32,000 bases of DNA from an uncultured Eubacteriales bacterium (GTDB lineage: Bacteria; Bacillota; Clostridia; Oscillospirales; Oscillospiraceae): positions 44,690-76,689 of the forward strand of contig ONCI01000004.1 of assembly GCA_900316255.1 (NCBI GenBank), given 5' to 3'. Shown one piece after another: positions 1 to 9,299 of this stretch (positions are counted from its first letter, which is position 1; each line of letters begins with the position of its first letter). The notes beneath the pieces are model-generated. The model was not told where the DNA came from. It saw nothing but the letters and a program-made list of their open reading frames with translations, and searched no databases. The position numbers and the translations under genes were made by a program.

Positions 1-129
1 GTACATATCATCTGCACCGCCGGGGCGTCCATACGCGGCTTTATTTCCCAGGCGGTGATCGAATGCAATACAGACAAGCGTTTTCGCGGGGTTTCTGTCT
101 TTGCGGAAAACGACCCGCTCAATACATAA
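1..129 (+). CDS. 3' end of a gene entering the window, possibly the primosomal protein PriA C-terminus
   Basis: Frame 1 is open from base 1 to TAA at 127-129 (...RFRGVSVFAENDPLNT*). priA precedes def-fmt in the conserved Firmicutes cluster. The fragment is too short to confirm. Confidence 0.3.
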   Translation, partial: VHIICTAGASIRGFISQAVIECNTDKRFRGVSVFAENDPLNT

Positions 130-157
130 AGAGCCTTTTTGGCAGATGGGAGATCCT

Positions 158-682
158 ATGGCACTTCGTAATATCCTGACAAAAGAGCAGCCCGCTCTCT
201 ACAAAAAATGCCGCCCCGTCACGGAGTTCAATCCGCGCCTGCACCAGCTGCTGGACGATATGGCAGAAACGCTGGAAAAGGCAAACGGCGTGGGCCTTGC
301 TGCCCCTCAGGTGGGCGTTTTGCGCCGCGTTGTTCTCGTCATCGAGACCAATGTACCGGAAGGAGAACCGGAAAAGCTGCTGGAGCTGATCAATCCCGAG
401 ATCCTGGAAACCTCCGGTGAGCAGGACGGTCCGGAAGGCTGCCTCAGCGTTCCGGGTGAATACGGCATGGTCAAACGTCCCATGAACGTGAAGGTCCGCG
501 CCCAGGATCGGAACGGCAACTGGTTTGAGGCGGAGGGCACCGGTCTTACCGCAAGATGTTTCTGCCATGAGTTCGACCACCTGGACGGCATCGTCTTTAC
601 CTCCAAGTGCGAGCGCATGCTCACCGAGGAAGAACTTCAGGGCGGTGAGGTCGAGGCAGAAGAGGAAAAGGAAGAGAACTGA
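158..682 (+). CDS. def: peptide deformylase
   Basis: The three PDF motifs are present: GVGLAAPQVG, EGCLSVPG and HEFDHLDG. ATG at 158 is preceded by GGGAGA; the track ORF starting at TTG 101 is probably an N-terminal over-extension. Confidence 0.93.
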   Translation: MALRNILTKEQPALYKKCRPVTEFNPRLHQLLDDMAETLEKANGVGLAAPQVGVLRRVVLVIETNVPEGEPEKLLELINPEILETSGEQDGPEGCLSVPGEYGMVKRPMNVKVRAQDRNGNWFEAEGTGLTARCFCHEFDHLDGIVFTSKCERMLTEEELQGGEVEAEEEKEEN

Positions 683-683
683 A

Positions 684-1604
684 ATGCGCATAGTTTTCAT
701 GGGTACCCCGGATTTTGCCGCCGCCTCCCTGCGCAAGCTTTTGGAGGAGCATTTTGAGATCGCCGGGGTCTTCACCCAGCCCGATAAACCCAAGGGCAGG
801 GGAATGGAGCTGGCCTTTTCTCCGGTGAAGGAACTGGCGCTGCAGGCAGGGCTTCCGGTCTTCCAGCCCGACAAGATGCGGGACGGCCGCGCCCTCAGGA
901 TCCTGGAGGAGCTGCAGCCGGACATCCTTGTGGTCGTTGCATACGGTCGGATCCTTCCAGATGAGCTCTTGGCTCTGCCGCGCTATGGCGCTGTGAACGT
1001 CCACGGCTCGCTTCTGCCCAAGTATCGGGGAGCCGCTCCCATCCAGTGGGCCGTCCTCAACGGGGACAGGATCACCGGCGTCAGCACCATGTATCTTGCC
1101 CACGATATGGATGCCGGCGATATCATCTATACAGCGGAGACGCCGATCGGAGAGTTTGAGACCTCCGGTGAACTTTTCGACCGGCTTAAGGTCATGGGCG
1201 CGGAGCTGCTTGTGAAGACCCTGCGGGATATCGAAGCCGGCACTGCCCCCAGGACGCCTCAGGATCATACCCGGGCCAGCTATGTCAAAATGCTGGACAA
1301 GTCTCTCTGCCCCATCCGCTGGGAGCAGACTCCCCGCGGCGTGATCAAGCAGATCTACGGTCTGCAGCCCTGGCCGGTGGCCACGATGGAACTGAACGGC
1401 AGCGTTTATAAGGTTTTTGCCGCAGAGTACACGGACACCAGAACTGGCAAGGCCCCCGGCACGCTTGTCGCCGCAGATGAAAAAGGTATTGAGATCGCCT
1501 GCGCCGACGGAGAGACCATTCGTATCACCCAACTGCAGGCTCCGGGCAAAAAACGCATGGCTGCGGCGGACTTCCTGCGCGGTCATCCCCTGAAGGCGGA
1601 ATGA
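684..1604 (+). CDS. fmt: methionyl-tRNA formyltransferase
   Basis: Sequence MRIVFMGTPDFA...NVHGSLLPKYRGAAPIQWA. ATG at 684 lies 1 nt after the def stop. The product is 306 aa, and the upstream part of ORF 525..1604 is an out-of-frame overlap with def. Confidence 0.93.
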   Translation: MRIVFMGTPDFAAASLRKLLEEHFEIAGVFTQPDKPKGRGMELAFSPVKELALQAGLPVFQPDKMRDGRALRILEELQPDILVVVAYGRILPDELLALPRYGAVNVHGSLLPKYRGAAPIQWAVLNGDRITGVSTMYLAHDMDAGDIIYTAETPIGEFETSGELFDRLKVMGAELLVKTLRDIEAGTAPRTPQDHTRASYVKMLDKSLCPIRWEQTPRGVIKQIYGLQPWPVATMELNGSVYKVFAAEYTDTRTGKAPGTLVAADEKGIEIACADGETIRITQLQAPGKKRMAAADFLRGHPLKAE

Positions 1605-2923
1605 TGGAAACCAACGCCAGAATCGTCGCCTTTCGGGCGCTGGAACGCTGCGAGAAGGACCATGCCTGGTCCGCAGTCACCCTGGATTCTCTTCTGCGTC
1701 AGGCGGATCTCTCTGACAGGGATGCCGCTTTGGCCACCCGCCTGTTTTTGGGCGTGCTGCAGAATGAGAGTTATCTGGACTATGCCCTGGAACTTTACTG
1801 CAGATCCAGGACGGAGCCCGGGATCCGCACGGTGCTCCGCCTGGGCGCCTATCAGCTGTTGTTCCTGGACAAGATCCCTGCCCACGCCGCCGTCAGTGAG
1901 ACGGTGGCGCTCTGCAGAGCTATCCGTCTGGATCGCGGCGCCTCTCTTGTCAACGCTGTACTGAGAAGGCTCTCGGAAAATAAAGACCATTTGCCTCCCG
2001 TTCCTGGAGAGGGAAGCGCATCTTATCTTGCCATCCGCTGCAGTCATCCGCTCTGGCTCGCCGAGAGGCTGATCCGGGAGCAGGGATATGAGCAGACCGA
2101 GGCTTTCTTCCGCGCGAATAATGAGACCGCGCCCCTCTGTATCCAGCTCAATCTTCTGCGTGTCAGCACGGAGGACTATCTACGCTCCCTTGAGCGCCTT
2201 GGTATCCCATACCGCGTGTTTCCCGAGCTGCCGGGTTGTGTCGAACTGGAAGGGGGCAAGGTTCCTGCCCTGCCAGGTTTTGAGGAAGGCCTTTTCTATG
2301 TGCAGGACCGGGCAGCCCGAATCGCGGTTCATGCAGCCGGAGTGAAGTCCGGTATGCGCATTCTGGACGCCTGTGCCGCACCCGGCGGCAAGAGCATGGC
2401 CGCAGCCCTGGACGCAGGAGGCAATTGTCAGCTTATCAGCTGTGATCTGCACGAAAAGAAACTGCGTCTGATCCGCGGCTCCGCCGAAAGACTGGGGCTG
2501 GAGGATTGCCTGGAGACCTTTGCAGCCGATGCAAGGAGCTTTCGTCCGGAATGGGAGTCCGCCTTTGACCTTGTCCTGGCAGATGTGCCCTGTTCCGGCC
2601 TGGGTGTGATCCGCAAAAGACCGGAGATCCGACGAAAGGACGAAGAGGAGCTGCAGGCTCTGCCGCAGATCCAGAGCGCGATCCTTGATAATCTTTGCCG
2701 CTATGTGAAGCCCGGCGGCGTTCTTCTTTACTCTACCTGTACGGTCCTGCAGGCGGAAAACCGCGATCGGGTTTCCGCTTTTCTGCAAACGCACCCGGAT
2801 TTCTCGGCGGAGGATTTCTCAGTCGGAGACGTCCGATCCACGGACGGCTGCTATGCGTTCTGGCCACAGACCGACGGAACCGACGGTTTCTTTGCTGCCA
2901 AAATGAGAAGGAACTCATCATGA
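1601..2923 (+). CDS. rsmB: 16S rRNA (cytosine967-C5)-methyltransferase
   Basis: NusB-like N-terminus. SAM-MTase motifs LDACAAPGGKS, DVPCSGLGVIRKRPE and LLYSTCT. ATGA overlap with the fmt stop. Confidence 0.88.
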   Translation: MMETNARIVAFRALERCEKDHAWSAVTLDSLLRQADLSDRDAALATRLFLGVLQNESYLDYALELYCRSRTEPGIRTVLRLGAYQLLFLDKIPAHAAVSETVALCRAIRLDRGASLVNAVLRRLSENKDHLPPVPGEGSASYLAIRCSHPLWLAERLIREQGYEQTEAFFRANNETAPLCIQLNLLRVSTEDYLRSLERLGIPYRVFPELPGCVELEGGKVPALPGFEEGLFYVQDRAARIAVHAAGVKSGMRILDACAAPGGKSMAAALDAGGNCQLISCDLHEKKLRLIRGSAERLGLEDCLETFAADARSFRPEWESAFDLVLADVPCSGLGVIRKRPEIRRKDEEELQALPQIQSAILDNLCRYVKPGGVLLYSTCTVLQAENRDRVSAFLQTHPDFSAEDFSVGDVRSTDGCYAFWPQTDGTDGFFAAKMRRNSS

Positions 2924-3981
2924 AAAAAGACATTCTCTCCATGCTCCCGGAGGAGATCGAAGCCGAGCTTGAGAATCTGGGAGAACCGAAGTATCGCGCC
3001 CAGCAGCTTTTCACCTGGCTCCATCGCGGCGTGCGGGACTTTGAGGAGATGAGCAATCTCTCCAAGTCTCTGCGGCAGAAGCTTCAGGAGAATTACCGCC
3101 TATACCGGCCCCGTGTGCTGAAAAAGCAGGTCTCTCAGATCGACGGCACCATAAAATACCTCTGGGAACTGGCTGACGGCAACGCTGTGGAGACCGTTGT
3201 GATGCAGTATAAGCATGGCAACACCGTCTGCGTCTCCTCCCAGGTGGGCTGCCGTCAGGGCTGCGCCTTTTGCGCTTCCACCATCGGCGGTCTTGTCCGC
3301 AGCCTGGAGCCCTCTGAGATCCTGGACGAGGTGCTTTTTTCCCAGCTTGACTCGGAACTTCCCATCTCCAATATCGTCTTGATGGGTATCGGAGAGCCAC
3401 TCGATAATTTTGACAATGTGATGCGCTTTCTGGAGCTGGTGAACCATCCCAAGGGTATGAACATCGGCATGCGGCACATTTCTCTCTCTACATGCGGGCT
3501 GATCGAGCGCTTTGACGATCTGGCCGAACGCGACCTGCAGCTTACCCTTTCGGTTTCGCTCCACGCGCCGGATGATGAGACCCGCTCCCGCATCATGCCC
3601 GCCAACCGGGGCAGGGGAGTGGAAAAACTCATGGAGGCCTGCCGCCGCTATTATGAGCGGACCGGGCGGCGTATCTCCTTTGAGTATGCCATGATCGACG
3701 GGGTCAACGACACGGAGTTCCACGCAAAGCTTTTGGCAAAAGAAGCCCGCAGCCTTGCCGCTCACGTGAATCTGATCCCCTTGAACCACGTGGAAGAGCG
3801 GCAGTTCAAGCCCTCCACCTCCGGTCACATGAAGGCCTTCATCAAGATCCTGGAGGACGCGGGTGTCAATGTCACGGTACGGAGAAGACTGGGCAGCGAT
3901 GTGGATGCTTCCTGCGGCCAGCTGCGCCGCAAGATGCAGGCAAAAGGCACACAGGAGACGGAAGTCTCGGCTGTGAAATGA
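2920..3981 (+). CDS. rlmN: 23S rRNA/tRNA (adenine-C2)-methyltransferase, radical SAM
   Basis: MKKDILSMLPEEI...YRAQQLFTWLH, CxxxCxxC motif (CRQGCAFCAS), MGIGEPLDN and C-terminal DASCGQL. ATGA overlap with the rsmB stop at 2920-2923. Confidence 0.93.
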   Translation: MKKDILSMLPEEIEAELENLGEPKYRAQQLFTWLHRGVRDFEEMSNLSKSLRQKLQENYRLYRPRVLKKQVSQIDGTIKYLWELADGNAVETVVMQYKHGNTVCVSSQVGCRQGCAFCASTIGGLVRSLEPSEILDEVLFSQLDSELPISNIVLMGIGEPLDNFDNVMRFLELVNHPKGMNIGMRHISLSTCGLIERFDDLAERDLQLTLSVSLHAPDDETRSRIMPANRGRGVEKLMEACRRYYERTGRRISFEYAMIDGVNDTEFHAKLLAKEARSLAAHVNLIPLNHVEERQFKPSTSGHMKAFIKILEDAGVNVTVRRRLGSDVDASCGQLRRKMQAKGTQETEVSAVK

Positions 3982-3988
3982 GGAAATC

Positions 3989-4735
3989 ATGAAAAGTTTT
4001 GGACTTACCGACAAAGGCCCGACCCGCTCGGAGAATCAGGACTGCTTTCTGCTGGAGCTCTGCCCGGAGAAGGATTGTCTGATTGCCGCCCTCTGCGACG
4101 GTATGGGCGGCGCAAAAGCCGGCGGCGTTGCCAGCCAGCTCTGCATCAAGGCCTTTGTTTCAAAAGTGTTTGAAAAGCTGACCGCCCTTACCGACAAGTC
4201 TGTGGATTACCGCGGCCTGCTGCAGTCGAGCTGCAGCGAGACCAACGGCGTTGTCTATGCCTATTCCCGTTTCAGTGAGGAATTCAACGGCATGGGCACC
4301 ACCCTCGTCGGCGGTATCATCAAATCCAACGGAAACGGGTATATTATCAATATCGGCGACAGCCGCGCCTATCAGATCTCGCCCATGAAATCCAGCATCC
4401 GGCAGATCAGCCGGGATCATTCTCTTGTGGAAGAGCTGGTGCGCTTTGGCGCCATCACCCGGGAAGAGGCCAAGACCCATCCCAAGCGCAATGTGATCAC
4501 CCGTGCCCTGGGCACCGAGGAGAGGACGGATTCGGACTTTTTCAGCTTCCGTTTGAGAGCAGGGGAGTTCCTCCTGCTCTGCTCTGATGGCTTGAGCAAT
4601 ACCGTCAGCGATGAGGAAATGCTGGACCTGGCCTGCGCTGCCAAAGATCCGGAGGATCTTTGCCGGAAGCTGATGGAGCTGGCTCTTCAGCGGGAAGCCA
4701 GGGATAATGTCACTGTTGTGGCTGTCAGTAAATGA
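3989..4735 (+). CDS. stp: PP2C-family Ser/Thr protein phosphatase (Stp/PrpC)
   Basis: PP2C motifs RSENQD, LCDGMGG, INIGDSRAY, LLCSDGL and DNVTVVAV. It lies immediately upstream of the PASTA kinase, as in Bacillus prpC-prkC. Confidence 0.9.
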   Translation: MKSFGLTDKGPTRSENQDCFLLELCPEKDCLIAALCDGMGGAKAGGVASQLCIKAFVSKVFEKLTALTDKSVDYRGLLQSSCSETNGVVYAYSRFSEEFNGMGTTLVGGIIKSNGNGYIINIGDSRAYQISPMKSSIRQISRDHSLVEELVRFGAITREEAKTHPKRNVITRALGTEERTDSDFFSFRLRAGEFLLLCSDGLSNTVSDEEMLDLACAAKDPEDLCRKLMELALQREARDNVTVVAVSK

Positions 4736-4753
4736 CCGGAGAGGGAGAATCAT

Positions 4754-6466
4754 ATGGAAAACAGGCAAAATCCCAATAATCTGGTCCTGGAAGACCGCTA
4801 TGAATTGCTGGAGATCATCGGCGAAGGCGGTATGGCTGTGGTCTATAAGGCCCTGGACCGGCGCCTGAACCGTTTTGTGGCGGTCAAGGTCATGCGTCCC
4901 GAGATGGCACAGCAGGAAGAATTCCGGCAGCGCTTTTTTGCCGAATCCCAGGCTGTCGCCATGCTCTCCAGCCCCAATATCGTCGCTGTATACGACGTGA
5001 GCCACAGCACCGATATCGAGTATATCGTCATGGAACTGGTTGACGGTATCACGCTGAAGCAGTATATGCAGCGCAAAGGCCCCATTCCCTGGCGGGAGGC
5101 GGTTTACTTTGCCAAGCAGATCGCCCGCGCCCTGGCCCATGCCCATGAAAAGGGCGTGATCCACCGGGACATCAAGCCCCAGAACATGCTTCTCCTGCGG
5201 GACGGTACCCTGAAGGTCGGGGATTTCGGCATCGCCGCGCTGGAAAACGAGCTTCGGGAGGAGAGCGGTACCGCCATCGGCTCGATCCACTATATCGCGC
5301 CGGAGCAGATCCGGGGCGAGGTCCCGGATGCCCGCAGCGATCTCTATTCTCTGGGCGTTGTCCTCTACGAAATGCTCACCGGCCAGAAGCCCTATACCGG
5401 CGATACGCTGGGCGAGATCGCCGTGAAGCACATGAATACCGAGCCCACGCCGCCCACCAGACTGGTGCCGGAGATCCCGCCGGAGCTGGAGCATATCACG
5501 CTCAAGGCCATGAAGGCCAATATCTTCGAACGTTATCAGAGCGCCGAGGAGCTGATCCGGGATCTGGACCGCTTTGCCCTTACCCAGACCCAGCAGGAGG
5601 ACGAAGCCGAAGCGGAATCCCTGGAGGCCCCCTCCGTCGCCCCGGTGCGCTCCGTCAGCGAGATGTCCAAAGAGAAGTATCGCCGCCGTCGCCGCAGATC
5701 TGCCAGAGTCAGCTTCCTTTCCGGCACCTTCGGCGTGCTTCTTGTGATCCTGGCCCTGTTCGTCTTTCTGCTTCAGTTTTTCCTGAAGGACTATTTCCCG
5801 GATAAAGGCACCGAGGACCGTGCTTCCGGGCACATGATGATGCCGAACCTGCAGGGCATTTCTGTGGATTCCATTTTGAAAAACCCGGAGAACTCCGTTT
5901 TCAATTTTGAGATCATCTATCTCAATTCCAGCGGGACCGGGGAATACAATCCCTCCGAATATACCGTGGAACGGCAGGATCCCGGCGCCGGGACCCGTAT
6001 CAGCCTCAAAAAGGGCGGCACGCCTGTCCGTCTCTATGTGAGCACCGGCGTCGTCCAGGTCCCGGATGTCTACAATCTGGATTACCGGGAGGCCACCGCC
6101 ATCCTCCGCGTCTCCGGCTATTATGTGGAGATCGTGGATGAGATCTCGGAGACCTTTGCCCGCAATGCGGTCATGAGCATGTACCCCGCTGCCGGCACCT
6201 CTCTGGAGAAAGGCTCCGTCGTTTATCTCACTGTCAGCGCCGGCGCGGAGGTCGTACAGGTCTCCGTACCGAACCTGGTAGGCCTCTCGGAGCTGGCCGC
6301 CATTGAGAAGATCGAAAGCAGCGAGCTCAGCTACGGCGGGTCGGAGTACATGCACAGCGATCTGCCCTCGGGCACAGTCATCGGACAGAGCGAGGAGAAC
6401 TACAACCTGGTTCCCGCCCACGCCAAAATCATTCTGCGAGTGTCCCTGGGACCGGAGGAAGGATGA
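4754..6466 (+). CDS. prkC: Ser/Thr protein kinase with three extracellular PASTA repeats (PrkC/PknB type)
   Basis: Hanks kinase motifs GEGGMAVVYKA, VAVKV, HRDIKPQN, DFGIA and APE. One TM segment (FGVLLVILALFVFLLQFF). Three PASTA-like repeats start at MPNLQG, VPDVYNL and VPNLVGL. Confidence 0.9.
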   Translation: MENRQNPNNLVLEDRYELLEIIGEGGMAVVYKALDRRLNRFVAVKVMRPEMAQQEEFRQRFFAESQAVAMLSSPNIVAVYDVSHSTDIEYIVMELVDGITLKQYMQRKGPIPWREAVYFAKQIARALAHAHEKGVIHRDIKPQNMLLLRDGTLKVGDFGIAALENELREESGTAIGSIHYIAPEQIRGEVPDARSDLYSLGVVLYEMLTGQKPYTGDTLGEIAVKHMNTEPTPPTRLVPEIPPELEHITLKAMKANIFERYQSAEELIRDLDRFALTQTQQEDEAEAESLEAPSVAPVRSVSEMSKEKYRRRRRRSARVSFLSGTFGVLLVILALFVFLLQFFLKDYFPDKGTEDRASGHMMMPNLQGISVDSILKNPENSVFNFEIIYLNSSGTGEYNPSEYTVERQDPGAGTRISLKKGGTPVRLYVSTGVVQVPDVYNLDYREATAILRVSGYYVEIVDEISETFARNAVMSMYPAAGTSLEKGSVVYLTVSAGAEVVQVSVPNLVGLSELAAIEKIESSELSYGGSEYMHSDLPSGTVIGQSEENYNLVPAHAKIILRVSLGPEEG

Positions 6467-7356
6467 CGGAAGGAATCATCATCAAAGCCCTCAGCGGCTT
6501 CTACACGGTGCGTACGCCTGAGGGGGACCTCACATGCAAGGCAAGAGGAAAGTTTCGCCTGGACGGTACCTCGCCCCTTGTGGGGGACAGAGTGACCTGC
6601 ATCCGTGACAAAGACGGCAGCGGTCGGATCGAGCGAGTTCTTCCGCGCCGCAACTGGTTCATTCGCCCTGCTGTGGCGAACATCGACGCGCTGGTTTTTG
6701 TGGCCGCAAACGTCAATCCCGTGACCGATCCCTTCCTGGTCGACCGGGTTTCCGTGATCGCTGCCGAAGCAGACTGCGCGCTGATCCTCTGTGTGAACAA
6801 GACGGATCTGGATCTGGGAACAAAGCTTCGCCGGGACTTCTCCCGGGCCGGTTTTCCTGTCATCGCCACCAGCGCCGAAACTGGGGAAGGGATCGATGCG
6901 CTGCGGGAGGCCCTGCGCGGTAAGATCTGCGCGTTTACCGGCAACTCCGGCGTGGGAAAATCCAGCCTTCTGAACCGCCTGATCCCCGGCGCCGCGCTTC
7001 CTACTGCCGAAGTCAGCGAAAAGCTGGGCCGCGGCAAGCACACCACCCGCCATGTGGAGCTTTTTCGCCTGGGAGAAGACAGCTACGTTGCCGACACCCC
7101 CGGCTTCGCCTCCTTCGAGATCGAGATGATGAAGCCCATCGCCAAGGAGAAGCTGCAATTCGATTTTCCGGACTTTGCGGATTATATCAATAAATGCCGC
7201 TTCCCCGACTGCAGCCATCGCAAGGAACCGGGCTGTGCTGTGCGGGAAGCCGTGGAAGCCGGTGTTCTGGTTGAGAGCCGGTACCGTTCCTACCTTCGCC
7301 TCTATGAGCAAAGCGCGCAGTTCAAGGACTGGGAACTGAAAGAGAAAAGTACATAA
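6463..7356 (+). CDS. rsgA: ribosome small-subunit-dependent GTPase A
   Basis: Circularly permuted GTPase order: NKTDL, then GNSGVGKSSL, then DTPGF. C-terminal zinc knuckle CRFPDCSHRKEPGC. ATGA overlap with the prkC stop. Confidence 0.9.
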   Translation: MTEGIIIKALSGFYTVRTPEGDLTCKARGKFRLDGTSPLVGDRVTCIRDKDGSGRIERVLPRRNWFIRPAVANIDALVFVAANVNPVTDPFLVDRVSVIAAEADCALILCVNKTDLDLGTKLRRDFSRAGFPVIATSAETGEGIDALREALRGKICAFTGNSGVGKSSLLNRLIPGAALPTAEVSEKLGRGKHTTRHVELFRLGEDSYVADTPGFASFEIEMMKPIAKEKLQFDFPDFADYINKCRFPDCSHRKEPGCAVREAVEAGVLVESRYRSYLRLYEQSAQFKDWELKEKST

Positions 7357-7361
7357 AGCAG

Positions 7362-7410
7362 CCGCCCTCCGCATATCGTGTATGGAAATACCGAGTGCGG
7401 GGGGCGGTTT
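7362..7410 (+). terminator. GC-rich hairpin after rsgA; possible weak terminator or attenuator
   Basis: CCGCCCTCCGCA (7362-7373) pairs with TGCGGGGGGCGG (7396-7407) with one G-U pair, followed by only TTT. Confidence 0.35.
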
Positions 7411-7566
7411 GCTGTGCGAAGAGGACGCTGCGGTCTCTGGGGCTTGGCCGCGATCGGCCTGGGCCTGATCATTCTGCTGGCCCTGATCCTTCCGTCGGAA
7501 TTCTGGTGGTTCTTCCTGGCTGCCGGTCTGATCGGACTGGGGATCTGGTGCCTGCGCTGCTGGTAG
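7378..7566 (+). CDS. small hypothetical membrane protein; start uncertain (GTG 7378 or GTG 7414)
   Basis: Two hydrophobic segments (LWGLAAIGLGLIILLALIL and FWWFFLAAGLIGLGIW) follow a basic N-terminus. There is no homology handle. GTG 7378 lies inside the loop of the upstream hairpin. Confidence 0.35.
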   Translation: MYGNTECGGRFAVRRGRCGLWGLAAIGLGLIILLALILPSEFWWFFLAAGLIGLGIWCLRCW

Positions 7567-7696
7567 GGAAGCCGAAATTGGAAAGGAATCAAGGATGCGA
7601 GTTTATGTTTTTCGCCTGCCGCGTTTTTTGTCGGCGCTCCTGCTCTGGCTGCGCGGCGGTACACGCGATTGATCATTGACGAAAAAGGAGAGTTCC

Positions 7697-9181
7697 ATGG
7701 AAATCAAGCTGCTGCAGAAAGAAGCGCCTGTGTGGATCGCGGGCGATGCCATTCATCAACAGGTATCCTTTCATGCCGAAACAGTGGTTCCGGACACCGC
7801 GGATGACGTGCAGGAGATCGTCTGGACCCGGGGAGGCCTGCTGCTCAAGGGAAAGGAGCCGGGGCTCCGCGCCGTAAGCGTCAGCGGAGAGGCCTGGGCC
7901 AGTGTTTTGTATCTGACTGAGAACGGACAGTTGGAAAGCATCCGGCTGCGGAAGGACTTTGAGATCGTCTTCGAGGCGGAGGCCGCGGAACCCGACGCGC
8001 TGCCGCACCTCAGCTGGTACCTCAGCGGTCTGCAGGGGAAACTGCTGAATCCGCGCAAACTCAGCGTAAGCTTTGAGGTGCAGGCCGCGCTTCGCAGTTT
8101 TCATCGGGGATCCGCACTCGCGGAAACCACGCTCCCGGAAGGGGAATGGAAGGGCCTGCATGTCCTGAAAAATCAGAGCACCGCACTGGCTCTCACCGCT
8201 GCGACCGAAAAGCCCTTCACCCTTCGGGAGCAGTTACCCCTTTCCGCAGAACAAAAAGCCCTGTCGCAGATCGACGCCGAAGAACTCCGCTTTGCCCTGC
8301 AGGACACCGAACAGGTCGGAAGTCGATGCATCATAAAAGGCGAGATGCTCCTCGGGCTCTGGGGCAGAGATACATCGAATCATCCTGTGAAGGCGGACTA
8401 TCACATTCCTTTTTCCCAGCTTTTAGACATCACAGAAGACACTCTGGATCAGAGCAGCGTCTGGATCGAGCCGAATTCCCTTTACCTGGACTGGACGGAA
8501 GGGATCGGGGGCGAGCGCAGTCTGGATCTGGAAGTCCATGCGCTGCTTCAGTTTTGTTCCTATACTCGGCGGGAGGTCGTCACCTTCCTGGACGCCTACA
8601 GTACAGCCATGCCCCTGGAAGCGGAGCGCTGTTCCTTCACACTGCTGCGTTCCGTGGAGCCCTGCATCTGCACTGTAAGCACAGATGGCGCAGTCCCCGT
8701 ACCGGATGACATGGCGGAGCTTCTTGCCGCAGAGGGCAAAATAGGGGTCCTGGAGAGAAGCGGCGGTACAGCCCGGATCCCGATGTATCTGGACATCCTG
8801 TACCGCAGCGGCGACGGAAGCCTTGCTTCAGCCAGGAGGAGCATGAAGCTTGACGTCAAGGATGTCCCCGAGAATGCCCTCATTCTCTCCCAGCGCCTGC
8901 AATCTCTTATTGCGGAAGCTGACGGAAATGAGATCCGGCTTTCCGGTTGTGCCGAGATCCGTTGGGAGCTGATAGAGACGGAGAACATCTCCACACTCAC
9001 CATCCTGTCTCACGACGAAGAGAAGGCATGGGTCAAAACAGATCGTCCCAGTGTCTGTCTTGTCCGCAGGGGAGGGGAGCGTCTTTGGGACCTTGCCAAA
9101 GAATATCTCTCCAGCGAGGATCTGATTCGTTCCTTCAACGCGGAGGACGCGGAGTTCCTGCTGATTCCGGCTGAGTTTTGA
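7697..9181 (+). CDS. DUF3794-repeat protein with a C-terminal LysM-like domain (SipL/SpoVID-like spore coat morphogenetic protein)
   Basis: ATG at 7697 follows AAAGGAGAG. The N-terminal repeats resemble DUF3794. The C-terminus VRRGGERLWDLAKEYLSSEDLIRSFNAEDAEFLLIP fits the LysM pattern. This architecture matches clostridial SipL. Confidence 0.6.
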   Translation: MEIKLLQKEAPVWIAGDAIHQQVSFHAETVVPDTADDVQEIVWTRGGLLLKGKEPGLRAVSVSGEAWASVLYLTENGQLESIRLRKDFEIVFEAEAAEPDALPHLSWYLSGLQGKLLNPRKLSVSFEVQAALRSFHRGSALAETTLPEGEWKGLHVLKNQSTALALTAATEKPFTLREQLPLSAEQKALSQIDAEELRFALQDTEQVGSRCIIKGEMLLGLWGRDTSNHPVKADYHIPFSQLLDITEDTLDQSSVWIEPNSLYLDWTEGIGGERSLDLEVHALLQFCSYTRREVVTFLDAYSTAMPLEAERCSFTLLRSVEPCICTVSTDGAVPVPDDMAELLAAEGKIGVLERSGGTARIPMYLDILYRSGDGSLASARRSMKLDVKDVPENALILSQRLQSLIAEADGNEIRLSGCAEIRWELIETENISTLTILSHDEEKAWVKTDRPSVCLVRRGGERLWDLAKEYLSSEDLIRSFNAEDAEFLLIPAEF

Positions 9182-9270
9182 AAGCTTAGCCAGGTTTCCC
9201 TCCGAAGACGGCGTCAGAATCGTATCCTCAGGCGTTCACCGTCAAATTAGGAAAAACTGAAACGAAATAC

Positions 9271-9299
9271 TTGTCATCAGCCTCCTCTTGTGCTAAAAT
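9271..9299 (+). promoter_or_regulatory. sigma-A type promoter for yebC
   Basis: TTGTCA (9271-9276), a 17-nt spacer, then TAAAAT (9294-9299), about 40 nt upstream of the yebC ATG. Confidence 0.5.

Noticed and set aside
525-683. N-terminal extensions in the track ORFs for fmt (525), rlmN (2695), ruvC (11475), nif3 (15869), fba (to 25008), def (101), spoIVA (16870) and the SipL-like gene (7676).
   Set aside because: The extensions overlap the preceding gene or structured intergenic DNA and translate to junk. In each case an internal ATG with a good Shine-Dalgarno coincides with the conserved N-terminus of the family.
4160-6421. A 753-aa minus-strand ORF antisense to stp-prkC. Similar long antisense ORFs are at 119..925, 621..1586, 3100..4014, 6400..7374, 9315..10103, 12122..13414, 16022..16849, 16846..17670 and 18894..20429 on the minus strand. 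On the plus strand they are at 22231..23988, 23992..25098, 26410..27132, 28730..29680 and 29917..30606. Further minus-strand examples are at 25075..26316, 30706..31359 and 31304..31999.
   Set aside because: Each lies opposite a gene with unmistakable family motifs. Their translations are low-complexity and rich in Arg, Gly, Ala and Pro, with no recognisable motifs or RBS. Stop-poor antisense frames are expected in DNA of about 60% GC.
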